The notes: generated from the sequence alone by a model not told the origin. DNA of 64,000 nucleotides from an uncultured Gemmatimonadaceae bacterium (GCA_963822945.1 CAWGJO010000020.1:448001-512000); one strand, 5' to 3'. Positions 9,415 to 19,845 are shown, counted from the stretch's first letter. A program made the numbers and translations.

Positions 9415-10347
9415 TCACGCCGGACGCCGAAACTGCGCGCACGGATCGGGGCGTTCGGACCGCGGCGTGATGATGACGATGTCGTACATCCGCCGCTCGG
9501 AGGCCGCGGGCGGCCCGCCATCCTTGTCGCGCTCGAGGATGCCCACGGTCAGCACGCGCGCGTTCGGCGCGGCGACACGCAGCAGCCGCGGCACCGCCAC
9601 ATCGTTGCGCACATGGCCGTTGCCGGCAATGAGCCAGGCGGGGCCGTCCCGGCCGGCAAGCAGCAGCGCGTGGGTCATCGCGGCATCGCGGACGATCTGG
9701 GCCGCGCGCATGCCGGGAATCATCTCGGCCGGAAGCTGATGGCAATGACCCTCCACCAACTCGCTGTCGAGCACGGCTCGCGCGTCCGCGCCGAGCGGCG
9801 CCTGCTGCATGAGCGGGCGCAATGTGGCCGGCACGGTGCTGTCGGCTCCCCCGCCCATCACGACCGGCATGAGGGCCTGACGAGACACATTGGCGCCCCA
9901 CATGCTGCGCGCGTGCGCGATCGCGGCAAGCACCACCGGTCTGTGCAACGGCCATTGCCAGCCCTTCCGGTCGAAGCCGTGCGCGTCCAGCCACGACTCG
10001 AGGCTGTCGCCCGGTGAGGGGGGCGCGATCGGCGTCTCGGCGTCCGCGAACTGCTCGAACACGATCGCCGGATGGAGCGCGGCCAGCGCGTCGATGAGCC
10101 GGCCGCGCAACTCGTGATCGATGGCGTTGTCGTGGACCTCGCCGAGCAGCACATAGTCCGACCGGCTGATGCGGTCCAGCAGCGTCGCCGTGGCGACGGG
10201 CCGGCCGCTCGGGCCGTCCACGATCTCGGTGGCCGCGCTCAGCGCGAACGGCGCGGGGGCGGGGGCGGGGGCGGGGGCGGGGGCGGTCCGGGGTCCCGCG
10301 CACGCAGCGAACAGCAAGATCGGGATCGTTCGAATGGCGCTTTTCAT
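9415..10347 (-). CDS. ChaN family lipoprotein
   Basis: Lipobox FAAC; VLLGEVHDN, AQIVRDAAM and LIAGNGHVR motifs. Confidence 0.85.
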   Translation of the reverse strand: MKSAIRTIPILLFAACAGPRTAPAPAPAPAPAPFALSAATEIVDGPSGRPVATATLLDRISRSDYVLLGEVHDNAIDHELRGRLIDALAALHPAIVFEQFADAETPIAPPSPGDSLESWLDAHGFDRKGWQWPLHRPVVLAAIAHARSMWGANVSRQALMPVVMGGGADSTVPATLRPLMQQAPLGADARAVLDSELVEGHCHQLPAEMIPGMRAAQIVRDAAMTHALLLAGRDGPAWLIAGNGHVRNDVAVPRLLRVAAPNARVLTVGILERDKDGGPPAASERRMYDIVIITPRSERPDPCAQFRRPA

Positions 10348-10519
10348 GCCATGAAGATAGTCGGCCGGCTCGAAGGACGGATCTGACGGCGCCGCGCCGG
10401 ACCGGGACGATATCCCGGGTCTTACGCTCGCCAAAATTCGCGTATCATATTGAAACGGGCCGTCGGCGCCATGCGCTCACGGCCACTCCAGACCCGTACC
10501 ACCGAACGAGGACTTCACC

Positions 10520-11086
10520 ATGTCCCGGCGCCTGATCACCGCGGCGTTCGTCGCCAGCTTCGCCGCACTCTCCACCGCCTCAGCGCAGAAGACCGCCATG
10601 TTCACACTCACGAGTCCCGACATCAAAGCCGGCCAGACGATTCCCATGAAGCACGTCTTCAAGGGCATGACCTGCACCGGCGAGAACATCTCCCCGGCGC
10701 TCTCCTGGTCCGGCGCGCCCGCCGGCACCAAGAGCTACGCGATCACCGTGTACGATCCCGACGCCCCCACCGGCAGCGGCTGGTGGCACTGGGTGGTATA
10801 CAACATCCCGGGCAACGTCACCTCGCTGCCGGCCGGTGCCGGCGACGCGGGCGGCAAGGGAATGCCGGCGGGCGCGTCGCAGGGGAACACCGACTTCGGC
10901 TCCGCGGGCTACGGCGGCCCCTGCCCGCCCAAGGGTGACAAGCCGCACCACTACCATTTCACCGTGTACGCACTCGACGTCGCGCATCTCGACATTCCCG
11001 CCGGCGTGACGGCGGCGAACGTCGGCTTCAATCTGCACTTCCACACGCTCGCCAAAGCGGAGTTGGTCGCGCTGTTCGGGCGGTAG
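10520..11086 (+). CDS. YbhB/YbcL (PEBP) family secreted protein
   Basis: Signal peptide; DPDAPTGSGWWHW and YGGPCPP motifs; GAGGA RBS. Confidence 0.93.
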   Translation: MSRRLITAAFVASFAALSTASAQKTAMFTLTSPDIKAGQTIPMKHVFKGMTCTGENISPALSWSGAPAGTKSYAITVYDPDAPTGSGWWHWVVYNIPGNVTSLPAGAGDAGGKGMPAGASQGNTDFGSAGYGGPCPPKGDKPHHYHFTVYALDVAHLDIPAGVTAANVGFNLHFHTLAKAELVALFGR

Positions 11087-11101
11087 CTCCCGCGCATCAC
11101 G

Positions 11102-11142
11102 CGAGCGGCCGCGTCGTCCACAACGGACGGCGCGGCCGCTCG
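11102..11142 (+). terminator. GC-rich hairpin after the ybhB-like gene
   Basis: CGAGCGGCCGCGTCGTCC-ACAAC-GGACGGCGCGGCCGCTCG. Confidence 0.65.
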
Positions 11143-11205
11143 TCTATCGCTCCGCGCCGGGCGCGCTAAGTTCTACGCGTTCGTCCCACCTCGGAGAAAC
11201 CGCCG

Positions 11206-13146
11206 ATGCTCTGCCACCGCGCCCTTCGCCTCGCCCCCCTCCTCGCCCCGGTGTTGCTCGCCGCGCCCCTCGCCGCCCAGCAGCAGCATCTGGTGAACGA
11301 GACCCCCGCCCACTTCACCACGCCCGACTCGGCGTGGAACTATACGCGCCGCGACGTCATGATCCCGATGCGCGACGGAGTGAAGCTCCACACGGTGATC
11401 CTGATTCCCAAGGGCGCGCACAACGCGCCGATCCTGCTCACGCGCACACCGTACGACGCCAACGCCACCACCACGTACGCGCACAGCGCGCACCTGGGCC
11501 CCAACCTCAACGGCTACGACAACGCGTGGGACGTCATCATCCCCGGCGGCTACATCCGCGTGGTGCAGGATATCCGCGGCAAGTACGGCTCCGAGGGCGA
11601 GTACGTCATGAACCGCCCACTCGTCGGGCCGCTCAACGACACCAAGGTCGATGAGTCGACGGACACGTACGACACCATCGACTGGCTGGTGAAGAACCTC
11701 CCGATGTCGAACGGCCGCGTCGGCGAACTCGGCATCTCGTACGACGGATTCGAGCCGCTGATGGGCCTGGTCAATCCGCACCCGGCGCTCAAGGTCAGCG
11801 TCCCCATGAACCCGATGGTGGACGGCTGGATGGGTGACGACTGGTTCCACCACGGCGCCTTCCGCGAGCAGAACATGCCCTACGTGCTCGAGCAGGAAGC
11901 CACGCGCGACAACTCGGTGCACTGGTGGACCGACGCCTTCGACGACTACGACGTCTACATGAAGTACGGCAGCGCCGGCGCGCTGGGTGCTTCGCGCGGC
12001 ATGCAGCAGGTCGGCTTCTGGAACCAGATCCTCGCCCACCCCAGCTACGACCGGTGGTGGCAGCTGCAGGCCATGGACAGCATCCTCGCCAAGCAGCCGC
12101 TCAAGGTGCCGACCATGATCGTCCACTCGCTCTGGGATCAGGAAGACATCTACGGCGCGCTCGCGGTCTACCGCGCCATCAAGCCCAAGGACGTCAACAA
12201 CGACATGGTCTACCTGACCATGGGTCCCTGGCACCACGGGCAGGAAATCGAGGACGGCAGCTCGCTGGGCGCCATCAAGTTCCCCACCAACACGTCGTAC
12301 GATTTCCAGACGCAGATCCTCGGCCCCTTCCTGGCCAAGTACCTCAAGGACAGCACGCCCGCCGAGCCCGTGGCGCCGGTGAACGCGTACCTCACGGGCG
12401 CCGACCGGTGGGAGCGGCTGCAGAGCTGGCCCTCCGGCTGTGCCAGCGGATGCAAGCCCACGCCGACGCCACTCTATCTCGAGGCCAACAACAAGGTCGG
12501 GTTCAGCGCGCCCGCGGCGAGCGCCAACGGCACCGACTCGTACGTCTCCGATCCGAACAAGCCGGTGCCCTTCCGGCCGCGCCCCTCGCAGCCCATCGGC
12601 TACGACCTGCCGCTCACCTGGCCGCAGTGGCTGGTGGACGATCAGCGCCCGGCGTCCGGACGTACCGACGTGCTGACCTACGAATCCGACGTGCTCACGT
12701 CACCGGTGCAGATCAGCGGCGAGCCGATCGCCAATCTGGTCGCGGCCACCACCGGGACCGACGCCGATTGGGTGGTGAAGTTGATCGACGTGTATCCGCC
12801 GGAAGTCGGCAACGACCCGCCGATGGGCGGCTACGAACTGGCAGTGTCGATGGACATCTTCCGCGGGCGGTACCGCACGAGCTATTCCAACCCGCAGCCG
12901 ATCACACCGAACACGCCGCTCACCTACAAGTTCCCGCTCCCCACGGCCAACCACGTCTTCCTGCCCGGCCACCGGATCATGGTCCAGATCCAGTCGAGCT
13001 GGTTCCCACTCTACGACCGCAACCCGCAGACGTTCGTGCCGAACATCTTCTGGGCCAAGCCGAGTGACTACCGGAAGGCGACGATGACGGTGTACCACGA
13101 GCCGGGGCATGAGTCGTACGTCGAGCTTCCGGTCGTGAAGAGGTGA
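11206..13146 (+). CDS. CocE/NonD family hydrolase (alpha-amino acid ester hydrolase-like)
   Basis: IPMRDGVKL, RTPY, GISYDG nucleophile, WDQED and GPWHHG motifs; signal peptide. Confidence 0.93.
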   Translation: MLCHRALRLAPLLAPVLLAAPLAAQQQHLVNETPAHFTTPDSAWNYTRRDVMIPMRDGVKLHTVILIPKGAHNAPILLTRTPYDANATTTYAHSAHLGPNLNGYDNAWDVIIPGGYIRVVQDIRGKYGSEGEYVMNRPLVGPLNDTKVDESTDTYDTIDWLVKNLPMSNGRVGELGISYDGFEPLMGLVNPHPALKVSVPMNPMVDGWMGDDWFHHGAFREQNMPYVLEQEATRDNSVHWWTDAFDDYDVYMKYGSAGALGASRGMQQVGFWNQILAHPSYDRWWQLQAMDSILAKQPLKVPTMIVHSLWDQEDIYGALAVYRAIKPKDVNNDMVYLTMGPWHHGQEIEDGSSLGAIKFPTNTSYDFQTQILGPFLAKYLKDSTPAEPVAPVNAYLTGADRWERLQSWPSGCASGCKPTPTPLYLEANNKVGFSAPAASANGTDSYVSDPNKPVPFRPRPSQPIGYDLPLTWPQWLVDDQRPASGRTDVLTYESDVLTSPVQISGEPIANLVAATTGTDADWVVKLIDVYPPEVGNDPPMGGYELAVSMDIFRGRYRTSYSNPQPITPNTPLTYKFPLPTANHVFLPGHRIMVQIQSSWFPLYDRNPQTFVPNIFWAKPSDYRKATMTVYHEPGHESYVELPVVKR

Positions 13147-13154
13147 TGGGGCAG

Positions 13155-13205
13155 TTGTCGGTCTGTCCGACTGTCTGATTGTCGGACAGTCGGACAGTCG
13201 GACAG
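13155..13205. repeat. Period-8 repeat (CTGTCCGA/TCGGACAG) forming a hairpin between convergent genes
   Basis: CTGTCCGACTGTCTGA (13163-13178) pairs with TCGGACAGTCGGACAG (13190-13205). Confidence 0.8.
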
Positions 13206-13210
13206 AGAAA

Positions 13211-13594
13211 CTACGTGACTGCGTCCACCTCGATTTCCACCAGCAGCGCCGGCTCCACCAACGCGCTCACCTGCACCAGCGTGGCCGCAGGGCGAATGTC
13301 CGCGAACACTTCGCCCTGCGCCCGCGCCACCTCGGTCCACCACGAGATGTCGGTGACGAAGGTGCGCACGCGCACCACGTCCCGCAGCGAGGCCCCCGCC
13401 TCGGCGAGCGCCTTCGCGATCTTGTCGTAGACGAAGCGGGCCTGGCGATACGGATCGCCCTCCCCCACCACCCTGCCCGCGTCGTCCACGGCGGTGGTGC
13501 CCGCGACGTGTACCGTGTTTCCCACCCGCACGGCACGGCTGTAGCCGTAGAGCTTCTCCCACTTGGTGCCCGACGAGATCAGTTGCCTGGTCAT
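13211..13594 (-). CDS. RidA/YjgF family protein
   Basis: GYSRAVRVG, HVAGTT, RPAATLV and LVEIEVDA motifs. Confidence 0.92.
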   Translation of the reverse strand: MTRQLISSGTKWEKLYGYSRAVRVGNTVHVAGTTAVDDAGRVVGEGDPYRQARFVYDKIAKALAEAGASLRDVVRVRTFVTDISWWTEVARAQGEVFADIRPAATLVQVSALVEPALLVEIEVDAVT

Positions 13595-13643
13595 GCGTTC
13601 GAGTTCCTGGGTAGAGGGTCCCGCGCTGCGGGCCGGCAACTCG

Positions 13644-14111
13644 TCACCTGGCCGGCTTCAGCTTCGACTCGTACTTGCCCGGTTCGGTTCGCGCCGAGAT
13701 GGCCAGTCGATTCCACGCATTGATCGTCGCGACCGCAAAGGTGAGATCGGCCAACTCCTTCTCGCTGAATTGCGGCTTCACGGCGTCGTACACGAGATCG
13801 TCCACCTGCCCGCCGGCAACGAGCGTCACCGCCTCCGTCCACATCAACGCCGCCCGCTCGCGGTCCGTGTAGTATGGACTCTCGCGCCACGCGTCCAACC
13901 CGTACAGGCGCTGCTCGGTTTCGCCGATGGCGCGCAGGTCCTTCCAGTGCATGTCGATACAGTAGGCGCACTCGTTGATCTGCGATGCCCGGAGTTTGAT
14001 GAGGTGCAACAGCGGCTCCTCGATCGAGCACTCGTGCAGATATTTCTCCATGCCCGTCATCGCATGGTAGATGCCGGGCGCCGTCGGCCCATAGTTGAAA
14101 CGCGGCTGCAA
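13644..14111 (-). CDS. Carboxymuconolactone decarboxylase/AhpD family protein
   Basis: RASQINECAYCIDMH and INAWNRL motifs; TTG start preceded by GGAGGA. Confidence 0.9.
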   Translation of the reverse strand: MQPRFNYGPTAPGIYHAMTGMEKYLHECSIEEPLLHLIKLRASQINECAYCIDMHWKDLRAIGETEQRLYGLDAWRESPYYTDRERAALMWTEAVTLVAGGQVDDLVYDAVKPQFSEKELADLTFAVATINAWNRLAISARTEPGKYESKLKPAR

Positions 14112-14356
14112 GAATCCTCCGACTCGGTGGTCTCGTGCGTGCGGGGGTATTCTCACAGTAATGGGTCGGGAAATTCCCCGGACCCGCACTTCGGCCGCCC
14201 GCGCGAGACCCGGCACCGGCGCTGGCGCGGGCACCGGCTTTCACCCCGCGCTCACTCGGGCCTGGGACGCTGGCTGCCCCAGCCGGTCGCACGTAGCTTG
14301 CAGGCATCATGCCTTCGGGACGCGACCTTGTCCCATGAACCGTCGTCCGCACCGAT

Positions 14357-15361
14357 GTGATGTCCGTTCAATTCCGCAGGCGCCCGAGGATCGGAATTCC
14401 CGGCTGGACCGTGATGATCGGTCTCGCCGCCGCGTGCGCCGGCACCGGACCGCCGCGATCCCCCATCGACCGGCCCCCCGCCCCGGCGGAGCGGGCCTGC
14501 CCACTCGTCGCCGACAGTGCAGCGTCCGCCGCCGACACCATCCACTTCGTCGCCGAGCCGCAGGGCGCAGCCGCCGCCGGCATGTCGCTCGTCGCCTGCA
14601 CGGATACCGTCGCAACCGCGTCGCCGGTGGTCGACTCGCTGGCCATCCCGCGCGGAGCGGACCTCCGGGACCTGCTCGACCGCGGCCGTCCCGCCGCGGG
14701 CTCGCCGCGCGTCGACGTGCTCGTCACCCGTGACCCCGACGTGCTCTCGTACGCGGCGCAACTCGGGACCTACCGCAGCGTGGCCCTGCCCTGGGATCGC
14801 ACGTACACCCTGGTGGCCCCGCACCTCGATTCGGCGATCGCGAGTCCCAGCATGGAACAGCGCGACGCGCTGGCCCGCGACGCCGTGCAGGCCGACGCGC
14901 GCGGCGCGCAACCTCCGTTCTGGTGGGACACCGACACCACCTGCGCCACCGGCACGCCCCGGTACTCCGTCGGCGCGCCGCGAATCGTGGGCTACCCGGC
15001 CGACGATCCGATCGCCCGCCAGCTCGCCGAGCGAATCGTCGCGCTGGCCTCGGCGCACGACACCCCGCCGTGGATTCCGTCCACGCTTTCGTCGCCCACT
15101 GCGGGCCCGCTGCGCACGGTGGGCCTGGCTCCCACCGGCTTGAACGACGCCCTCGCGTCGGGACAGGTGGCGGCGTTCGTCACCGCCCTTCCGCGCCAGC
15201 AACCGGCGACATGCAATCCGGCAACGCGCGTCCCGGCGGGCGCCACCCTGGTGCCGCTCGTCGACTCACGCGCCCACGCGCTGATGCGGCGCGGCAGCGG
15301 CGCGGCGTTCTACATCGAGGGTGACGGGACGCTCCGCTTCGTGTCCACCCGGACGCCATGA
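14357..15361 (+). CDS. Hypothetical lipoprotein, first gene of the two-component operon
   Basis: Lipobox-like LAAAC; ATGA overlap with the kinase; family not recognised; start uncertain. Confidence 0.6.
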   Translation: MMSVQFRRRPRIGIPGWTVMIGLAAACAGTGPPRSPIDRPPAPAERACPLVADSAASAADTIHFVAEPQGAAAAGMSLVACTDTVATASPVVDSLAIPRGADLRDLLDRGRPAAGSPRVDVLVTRDPDVLSYAAQLGTYRSVALPWDRTYTLVAPHLDSAIASPSMEQRDALARDAVQADARGAQPPFWWDTDTTCATGTPRYSVGAPRIVGYPADDPIARQLAERIVALASAHDTPPWIPSTLSSPTAGPLRTVGLAPTGLNDALASGQVAAFVTALPRQQPATCNPATRVPAGATLVPLVDSRAHALMRRGSGAAFYIEGDGTLRFVSTRTP

Positions 15362-17010
15362 GCTTTCGCGTCCGCCTGACGCTCGCCTTCGGCGCCATCG
15401 CCCTCGTTCCGCTCCTGGTATTCGGCTACGGCGTGCGCCGCGAGATGACGTCGCGTCTGGACGCCGAGTCGGCACGGCGACTGGCCGCGGTGACCGACGC
15501 CGTGAACGCCGATCTGTCGCAAACGATCGCCGCCGACCAGGCTCGACTCCGCTCGTTGGCAACCGAGCTTGCCGCCGACAACCGGTTCCGGCTCGCCATT
15601 GCCAGCCCCGCCTCGAGCGAGCGACGGTGGCTGCTCGATTGGGCACCCGCCTCGATGCAGCTCGGCGGGTTCGCCATGCTCCAACTGCAGGACAGCACGG
15701 GCCGCATTCTCAGTTCGGGGCAGTTCCGCAACGACTTCGACCGCATGGACCCCGCGCTGCCGGCTGCCGTCATGGCGTCGCCCAGCGGCGCCGCCGTGGT
15801 CTCGGTGCGGACGCCCGACGGATCGGTACGCGCGCTTGCGAGCCTCGACACCTTCTCCGTGTCCGGCCGCACCTTCTCGCTGGTCGGTGGACGCGCCTTC
15901 GATTCGACGCGCGTGGCGCGGCTGTCTCCCGATCGTGAGATCGGCGTCACCCTGCTGCTCGGCGACGCACCGCGCCCCGGCAATGCCGCGGCCGACGTCG
16001 CCCTTCCCTACTTCGAGGACCAGGCGACATCGGCCCCCGACACCGCGCACTTGGTGCTGCTGCAGGATCTCGGTCCCACGCGCGACCTCAAGCAGGGCGT
16101 GAATCGGTGGCTGCTCGTCACGCTGGGCAGCACGCTCCTCGCTGCCTTTCTGTTCGCGGCCCTGCTCGCGCGGCAGGTGTCGCGGCCGCTGGCCGAGCTG
16201 GCCGACAAGACCGCGCGGCTCGATCTCGACCGGCTGAACCAGACCTTCGCCACCGACCGGCACGACGAGATCGGCACGCTGTCGCGCATGCTGGACGCCA
16301 TGCGCACGCGGCTCCGCACCGGCGCGGCGCGCCTGCGCGAGACCGAGCGGCTGGCCGCCACCGGCGACCTGGCGCGGCAGATCAATCACGACATCAAGAA
16401 CGGGCTGGCGCCCATCCGCAACGTGCTGCGGCACCTGTCGCAGACCGCGGAGCGCGAACCCGATACGCTCGCCTCGATCTACCTGGAGCGGCGCGGCACC
16501 CTGGAGTCGAGCGTCGACTATCTGGACGAGCTCGCCCGCAACTACGCGCGCATCTCACCGGCGCTCAGCCGCACGGCGTCCGACCCGCGCCAGGTGGTGC
16601 TCGACGTCGCCCAGAGCGTCACCGCGGCGCCGGTGGAAGTCCACGTTCCCGATGCGCTCCCGCGCATCCGTGCCGACGCCGTGGTGCTGCGCCGGATTCT
16701 CGACAACCTGGTTTCGAACGCCGTCGATGCGCTCGACGGGGAACGGGGCTCGATATCGCTCACCGCCGAGCCGGTGGGCCAGGGCACCGAGCGCCGCGTG
16801 CGGTTCATCGTGTCCGACACCGGCCGCGGCATGACGCGCCAGCAGCTCGACCGCGCGTTCGACGACTTCTACACCACCAAACCAACCGGCACGGGCCTCG
16901 GCCTGTCCGTGGTCCGGCGCCTGCTCACGGATCTCGGGGGTTCGATCCGGGTGGAGACCGCGCCGGGTGAGGGCAGTACATTCACGATCGAGATTCCCGC
17001 CAGTGGATGA
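15358..17010 (+). CDS. HAMP-domain sensor histidine kinase
   Basis: Two TM segments, HAMP (DEIGTL), H-box HDIKN, N-box NLVSNA, DTGRG and GTGLGL. Confidence 0.93.
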   Translation: MSFRVRLTLAFGAIALVPLLVFGYGVRREMTSRLDAESARRLAAVTDAVNADLSQTIAADQARLRSLATELAADNRFRLAIASPASSERRWLLDWAPASMQLGGFAMLQLQDSTGRILSSGQFRNDFDRMDPALPAAVMASPSGAAVVSVRTPDGSVRALASLDTFSVSGRTFSLVGGRAFDSTRVARLSPDREIGVTLLLGDAPRPGNAAADVALPYFEDQATSAPDTAHLVLLQDLGPTRDLKQGVNRWLLVTLGSTLLAAFLFAALLARQVSRPLAELADKTARLDLDRLNQTFATDRHDEIGTLSRMLDAMRTRLRTGAARLRETERLAATGDLARQINHDIKNGLAPIRNVLRHLSQTAEREPDTLASIYLERRGTLESSVDYLDELARNYARISPALSRTASDPRQVVLDVAQSVTAAPVEVHVPDALPRIRADAVVLRRILDNLVSNAVDALDGERGSISLTAEPVGQGTERRVRFIVSDTGRGMTRQQLDRAFDDFYTTKPTGTGLGLSVVRRLLTDLGGSIRVETAPGEGSTFTIEIPASG

Positions 17011-18380
17011 ATGCCAACCGTGAGCCGATGAGCGCTATCCTCGTTGTCGACGACGTCGCCGCACTGGCCGAGCAGTACGCCTATGACCTCAAGCGCATCG
17101 GCGGGCACGACGTGTCGGTGGCCACCGGCGGGGCCGAGGCGCTCGATCTGCTCCAGTCCACGCACGTCGATTGCATGATTCTCGACCTCGAGATGCCCGG
17201 CATGGACGGCTTCGAGGTGCTGCGCACGCTGAAGCACCGCGGCAGCGAGACGCCGGTGATCGTGTACACCGGAACCGGCAACTTCGACCGGTGCATCGAA
17301 GCCATCCGGCTGGGGGCCGCGGGATTCATCGACAAGGCCGAGCCCATGGAGCGCGTGGCGCAGGAGGTGGAGCACGCCATCGAGCGCTTCCGCCTGCGGC
17401 GCGAGGTGTTCGCCCTGCAGAACCGGCTGGGTGAATCGACCCTGCTCGGCCGGAGCGCAGCCATGGATCAGCTGCGCGACGCCATCGGCCGCGTGGCGCC
17501 GATCCCGAGCGCCGTGCTCATCGTGGGCGAGAGCGGGACGGGCAAGGAGCTCGTGGCCCGCGAACTCCACCGGCTCGGCGCCAATCCGAGCGGGCCGTTC
17601 GTCGCCATCAACGCCGCGGCGCTGCCCGAGAATCTGGTGGAGAGCGAACTGTTCGGACATGAGAAGGGCGCGTTCACCGGCGCCGCCGGCGTGCGCAAGG
17701 GCGCTTTCGAGTCGGCGGAGAACGGAACGTTGTTCCTGGACGAGATCGGCGAACTTCCCGCCGCGGTGCAGCCGAAGCTCCTGCGCGTGCTCGAACAGCA
17801 CACCGTGACGCGGTTGGGCAGCAGCCGTGCGCTGCCGGTGAACGCGCGCGTGGTGGCGGCCACCCTGCGCGATCTCGACCAACTCGTGAAGGAGGGCACC
17901 TTCCGCGAGGATCTCCTCTACCGGCTCAACGTGCATGTGCTCCGTGTACCGCCGCTGCGCGATCGCCGCGAGGACGTGCCGCTGCTCGCCGAGCGCTTCG
18001 TGGGGGAGACGTGCAGCCGGTTCGGCGTCCTGCCCAAGCGGCTGGCGCCCGACGCGCGCGAGGCGCTGGTGCAGTACGACTGGCGCCGCAACAACGTGCG
18101 CGAACTGCGCAACGTGATCGAACGCAGCGTCGTCGCCGCCGACGGCGAGGTGATCCGGCGCGAGCACCTTCCGGCGGAGATCCGCGGCGAGACGGCCGCC
18201 GCGCCGGACCCCGGTGACGGGTCGTTCCAGGCCCAGCGCACCGACGCCGAGCGCCGCATCGTGATCGCGGCGCTGGAGCGCCACGATTGGCAGATCACGC
18301 GTACCGCCGAGGCGCTCGGGCTGGCCGATCACGCGAGCTTGCTGAAGATCATGCGGCGACTGGGAATTCAGCGAGGGTAG
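17007..18380 (+). CDS. Sigma54-dependent NtrC-family response regulator
   Basis: Receiver (VVDD, LDLEMP), GESGTGKE, GAFTGA, LFLDEI and C-terminal HTH. Start may be 17028. Confidence 0.95.
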   Translation: MNANREPMSAILVVDDVAALAEQYAYDLKRIGGHDVSVATGGAEALDLLQSTHVDCMILDLEMPGMDGFEVLRTLKHRGSETPVIVYTGTGNFDRCIEAIRLGAAGFIDKAEPMERVAQEVEHAIERFRLRREVFALQNRLGESTLLGRSAAMDQLRDAIGRVAPIPSAVLIVGESGTGKELVARELHRLGANPSGPFVAINAAALPENLVESELFGHEKGAFTGAAGVRKGAFESAENGTLFLDEIGELPAAVQPKLLRVLEQHTVTRLGSSRALPVNARVVAATLRDLDQLVKEGTFREDLLYRLNVHVLRVPPLRDRREDVPLLAERFVGETCSRFGVLPKRLAPDAREALVQYDWRRNNVRELRNVIERSVVAADGEVIRREHLPAEIRGETAAAPDPGDGSFQAQRTDAERRIVIAALERHDWQITRTAEALGLADHASLLKIMRRLGIQRG

Positions 18381-18419
18381 GTCGCGCTCGGCCCGTCCGG
18401 TGCGCACCGGCACAACACA

Positions 18420-18467
18420 GTCGAGAGTGTTCAGTCGACTGTCGCCGGTCCACTGAACACTCTCGAC
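18420..18467 (+). terminator. Long hairpin after the regulator
   Basis: GTCGAGAGTGTTCAGT ... ACTGAACACTCTCGAC. Confidence 0.7.
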
Positions 18468-18474
18468 CGCGGTT

Positions 18475-18526
18475 CGTGTCCCCCCGGACACGTCCCCATC
18501 GTGCCCTTCGTGTCCCAACGGACACG
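18475..18526. promoter_or_regulatory. Twin palindromes CGTGTCC-N4-GGACACG (putative enhancer sites)
   Basis: Perfect copies at 18475-18492 and 18509-18526, about 85-135 bp upstream of a -24/-12 element. Confidence 0.75.
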
Positions 18527-18609
18527 ACGCCCGTCGCACGCCCCCGCCGGCGCAGCCCTAACCTGCGCGCTGCCAACCGCTTACCGGCGCCGCTCCGAAC
18601 GCCGGACCC

Positions 18610-18624
18610 TGGCTCGAATGCTGC
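18610..18624 (+). promoter_or_regulatory. Sigma54 -24/-12 promoter
   Basis: TGGCTCGAATGCTGC with exact GG-N10-GC spacing, 60 nt before the TPR gene. Confidence 0.7.
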
Positions 18625-18684
18625 CTTCTCGTGTGGCATCGCAAGACCCCACGGCGCATCCGCGCCCCCATCGAGGAGGACACC

Positions 18685-19845
18685 ATGCAGACCATCATCC
18701 GCAGCACCCGCATCGCCCGGCTTTCGTGGACCGCACTCATCGTCGTGCCCTTCGCGCTGGCGGCGTGCGGCGGCGACAAGGCCGAGGCCCGGCCGGTCGA
18801 ATCCTTCAAGGTCACGACCCCGAACGCCGTGCAGCCCAGCGGCCCGCCCAAGGGCGCCGTGATTCCCGCGTCCAACGTCGAGCGCAGCGCTCCGACCGGC
18901 GGGACGACGGTGGACGTCACCATGCCGGCCACGTACGAGAACGCCAACGCCGTGTTCAAGTCGGGCCACTATCCCGAAGCCGCCGAGATGTTCGAGCGGT
19001 ACGTGGAGAGCAAGCCGAACAACGCGTTCGGGTTCTACATGCTCGGGCTGTCGAGCTGGAAGGCCGGTGACTTCGAGCATGCCAAGGAAGCATTCGACAA
19101 GTCCATCGACATCGATCCGACCTTCGCCAAGAGCTACTTCAACGAGGCGCGCGTGCTCCTCGATCTGAAGCGGGCGCCCGAAGCGCTGGAGCAGGTGGAG
19201 CAGGGGCTGAGCATCGACTCGGCCTCGGCCGACGGCTGGCGGCTGAAGGCGCGTGCCCAGGCGGCGAGCGGCGACGCCGACGGGGCCATGCAGACCTACC
19301 GCGAGTTGCTCGTCCGGAACGACGAGGATCTCTGGGGCCTGAACAACCTCGGGGTGATGCTGCTCGACTCGGGTGACTACGAAGGCGCGCTGGGACCGCT
19401 GGCCCGCGTGGTGCAGCTCAAGCCGACGGCGCCGCTCTTCCAGAACAACCTCGGCATGGCGCTCGAGCGGTCGGGATACATGGTGGCCGCGCTGCATCAC
19501 TACGAAGCCGCCGTGCGCGACGACTCCGGCTACACGAAGGCGGTGAAGAACGCCGAGCGGTTGCAGGGCATCGTTACCGACACCACGCTGCAGGACGAGG
19601 TCAGCGTTCCCGACCTGGCCGAGGCGTTCCGGGTGAAGGTCAAGATGTGGAAGGAGACCGTGACGCCGCAGCCGCAGGTGAAGCTCGTCGTGAAGCCCGA
19701 TACGGTGACGGCGCCGAAGCCCGATTCCGTGAAGGCCACCACGTCCGATACGGTGAAGACCGTGAAGCCCGATACGCAAACGGTGAAGACGGACACGATG
19801 ACCGTGCCGCCGACGACCGGGGACCCGGTGAAGGGTGGAAGGTGA
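18685..19845 (+). CDS. TPR-repeat lipoprotein with Lys/Pro/Asp/Thr-rich tail
   Basis: GAGGAGG RBS, lipobox LAAC, several TPR-like repeats (LNNLG, FQNNLG) and KPDTV repeats. Confidence 0.88.
   Translation: MQTIIRSTRIARLSWTALIVVPFALAACGGDKAEARPVESFKVTTPNAVQPSGPPKGAVIPASNVERSAPTGGTTVDVTMPATYENANAVFKSGHYPEAAEMFERYVESKPNNAFGFYMLGLSSWKAGDFEHAKEAFDKSIDIDPTFAKSYFNEARVLLDLKRAPEALEQVEQGLSIDSASADGWRLKARAQAASGDADGAMQTYRELLVRNDEDLWGLNNLGVMLLDSGDYEGALGPLARVVQLKPTAPLFQNNLGMALERSGYMVAALHHYEAAVRDDSGYTKAVKNAERLQGIVTDTTLQDEVSVPDLAEAFRVKVKMWKETVTPQPQVKLVVKPDTVTAPKPDSVKATTSDTVKTVKPDTQTVKTDTMTVPPTTGDPVKGGR

Noticed and set aside
14287..14302. TCGCACG-N4-TTGCA as a sigma54 promoter for the sensor operon
   Set aside because: Good match except that the near-invariant -24 GG is CG; not supportable without TSS data.
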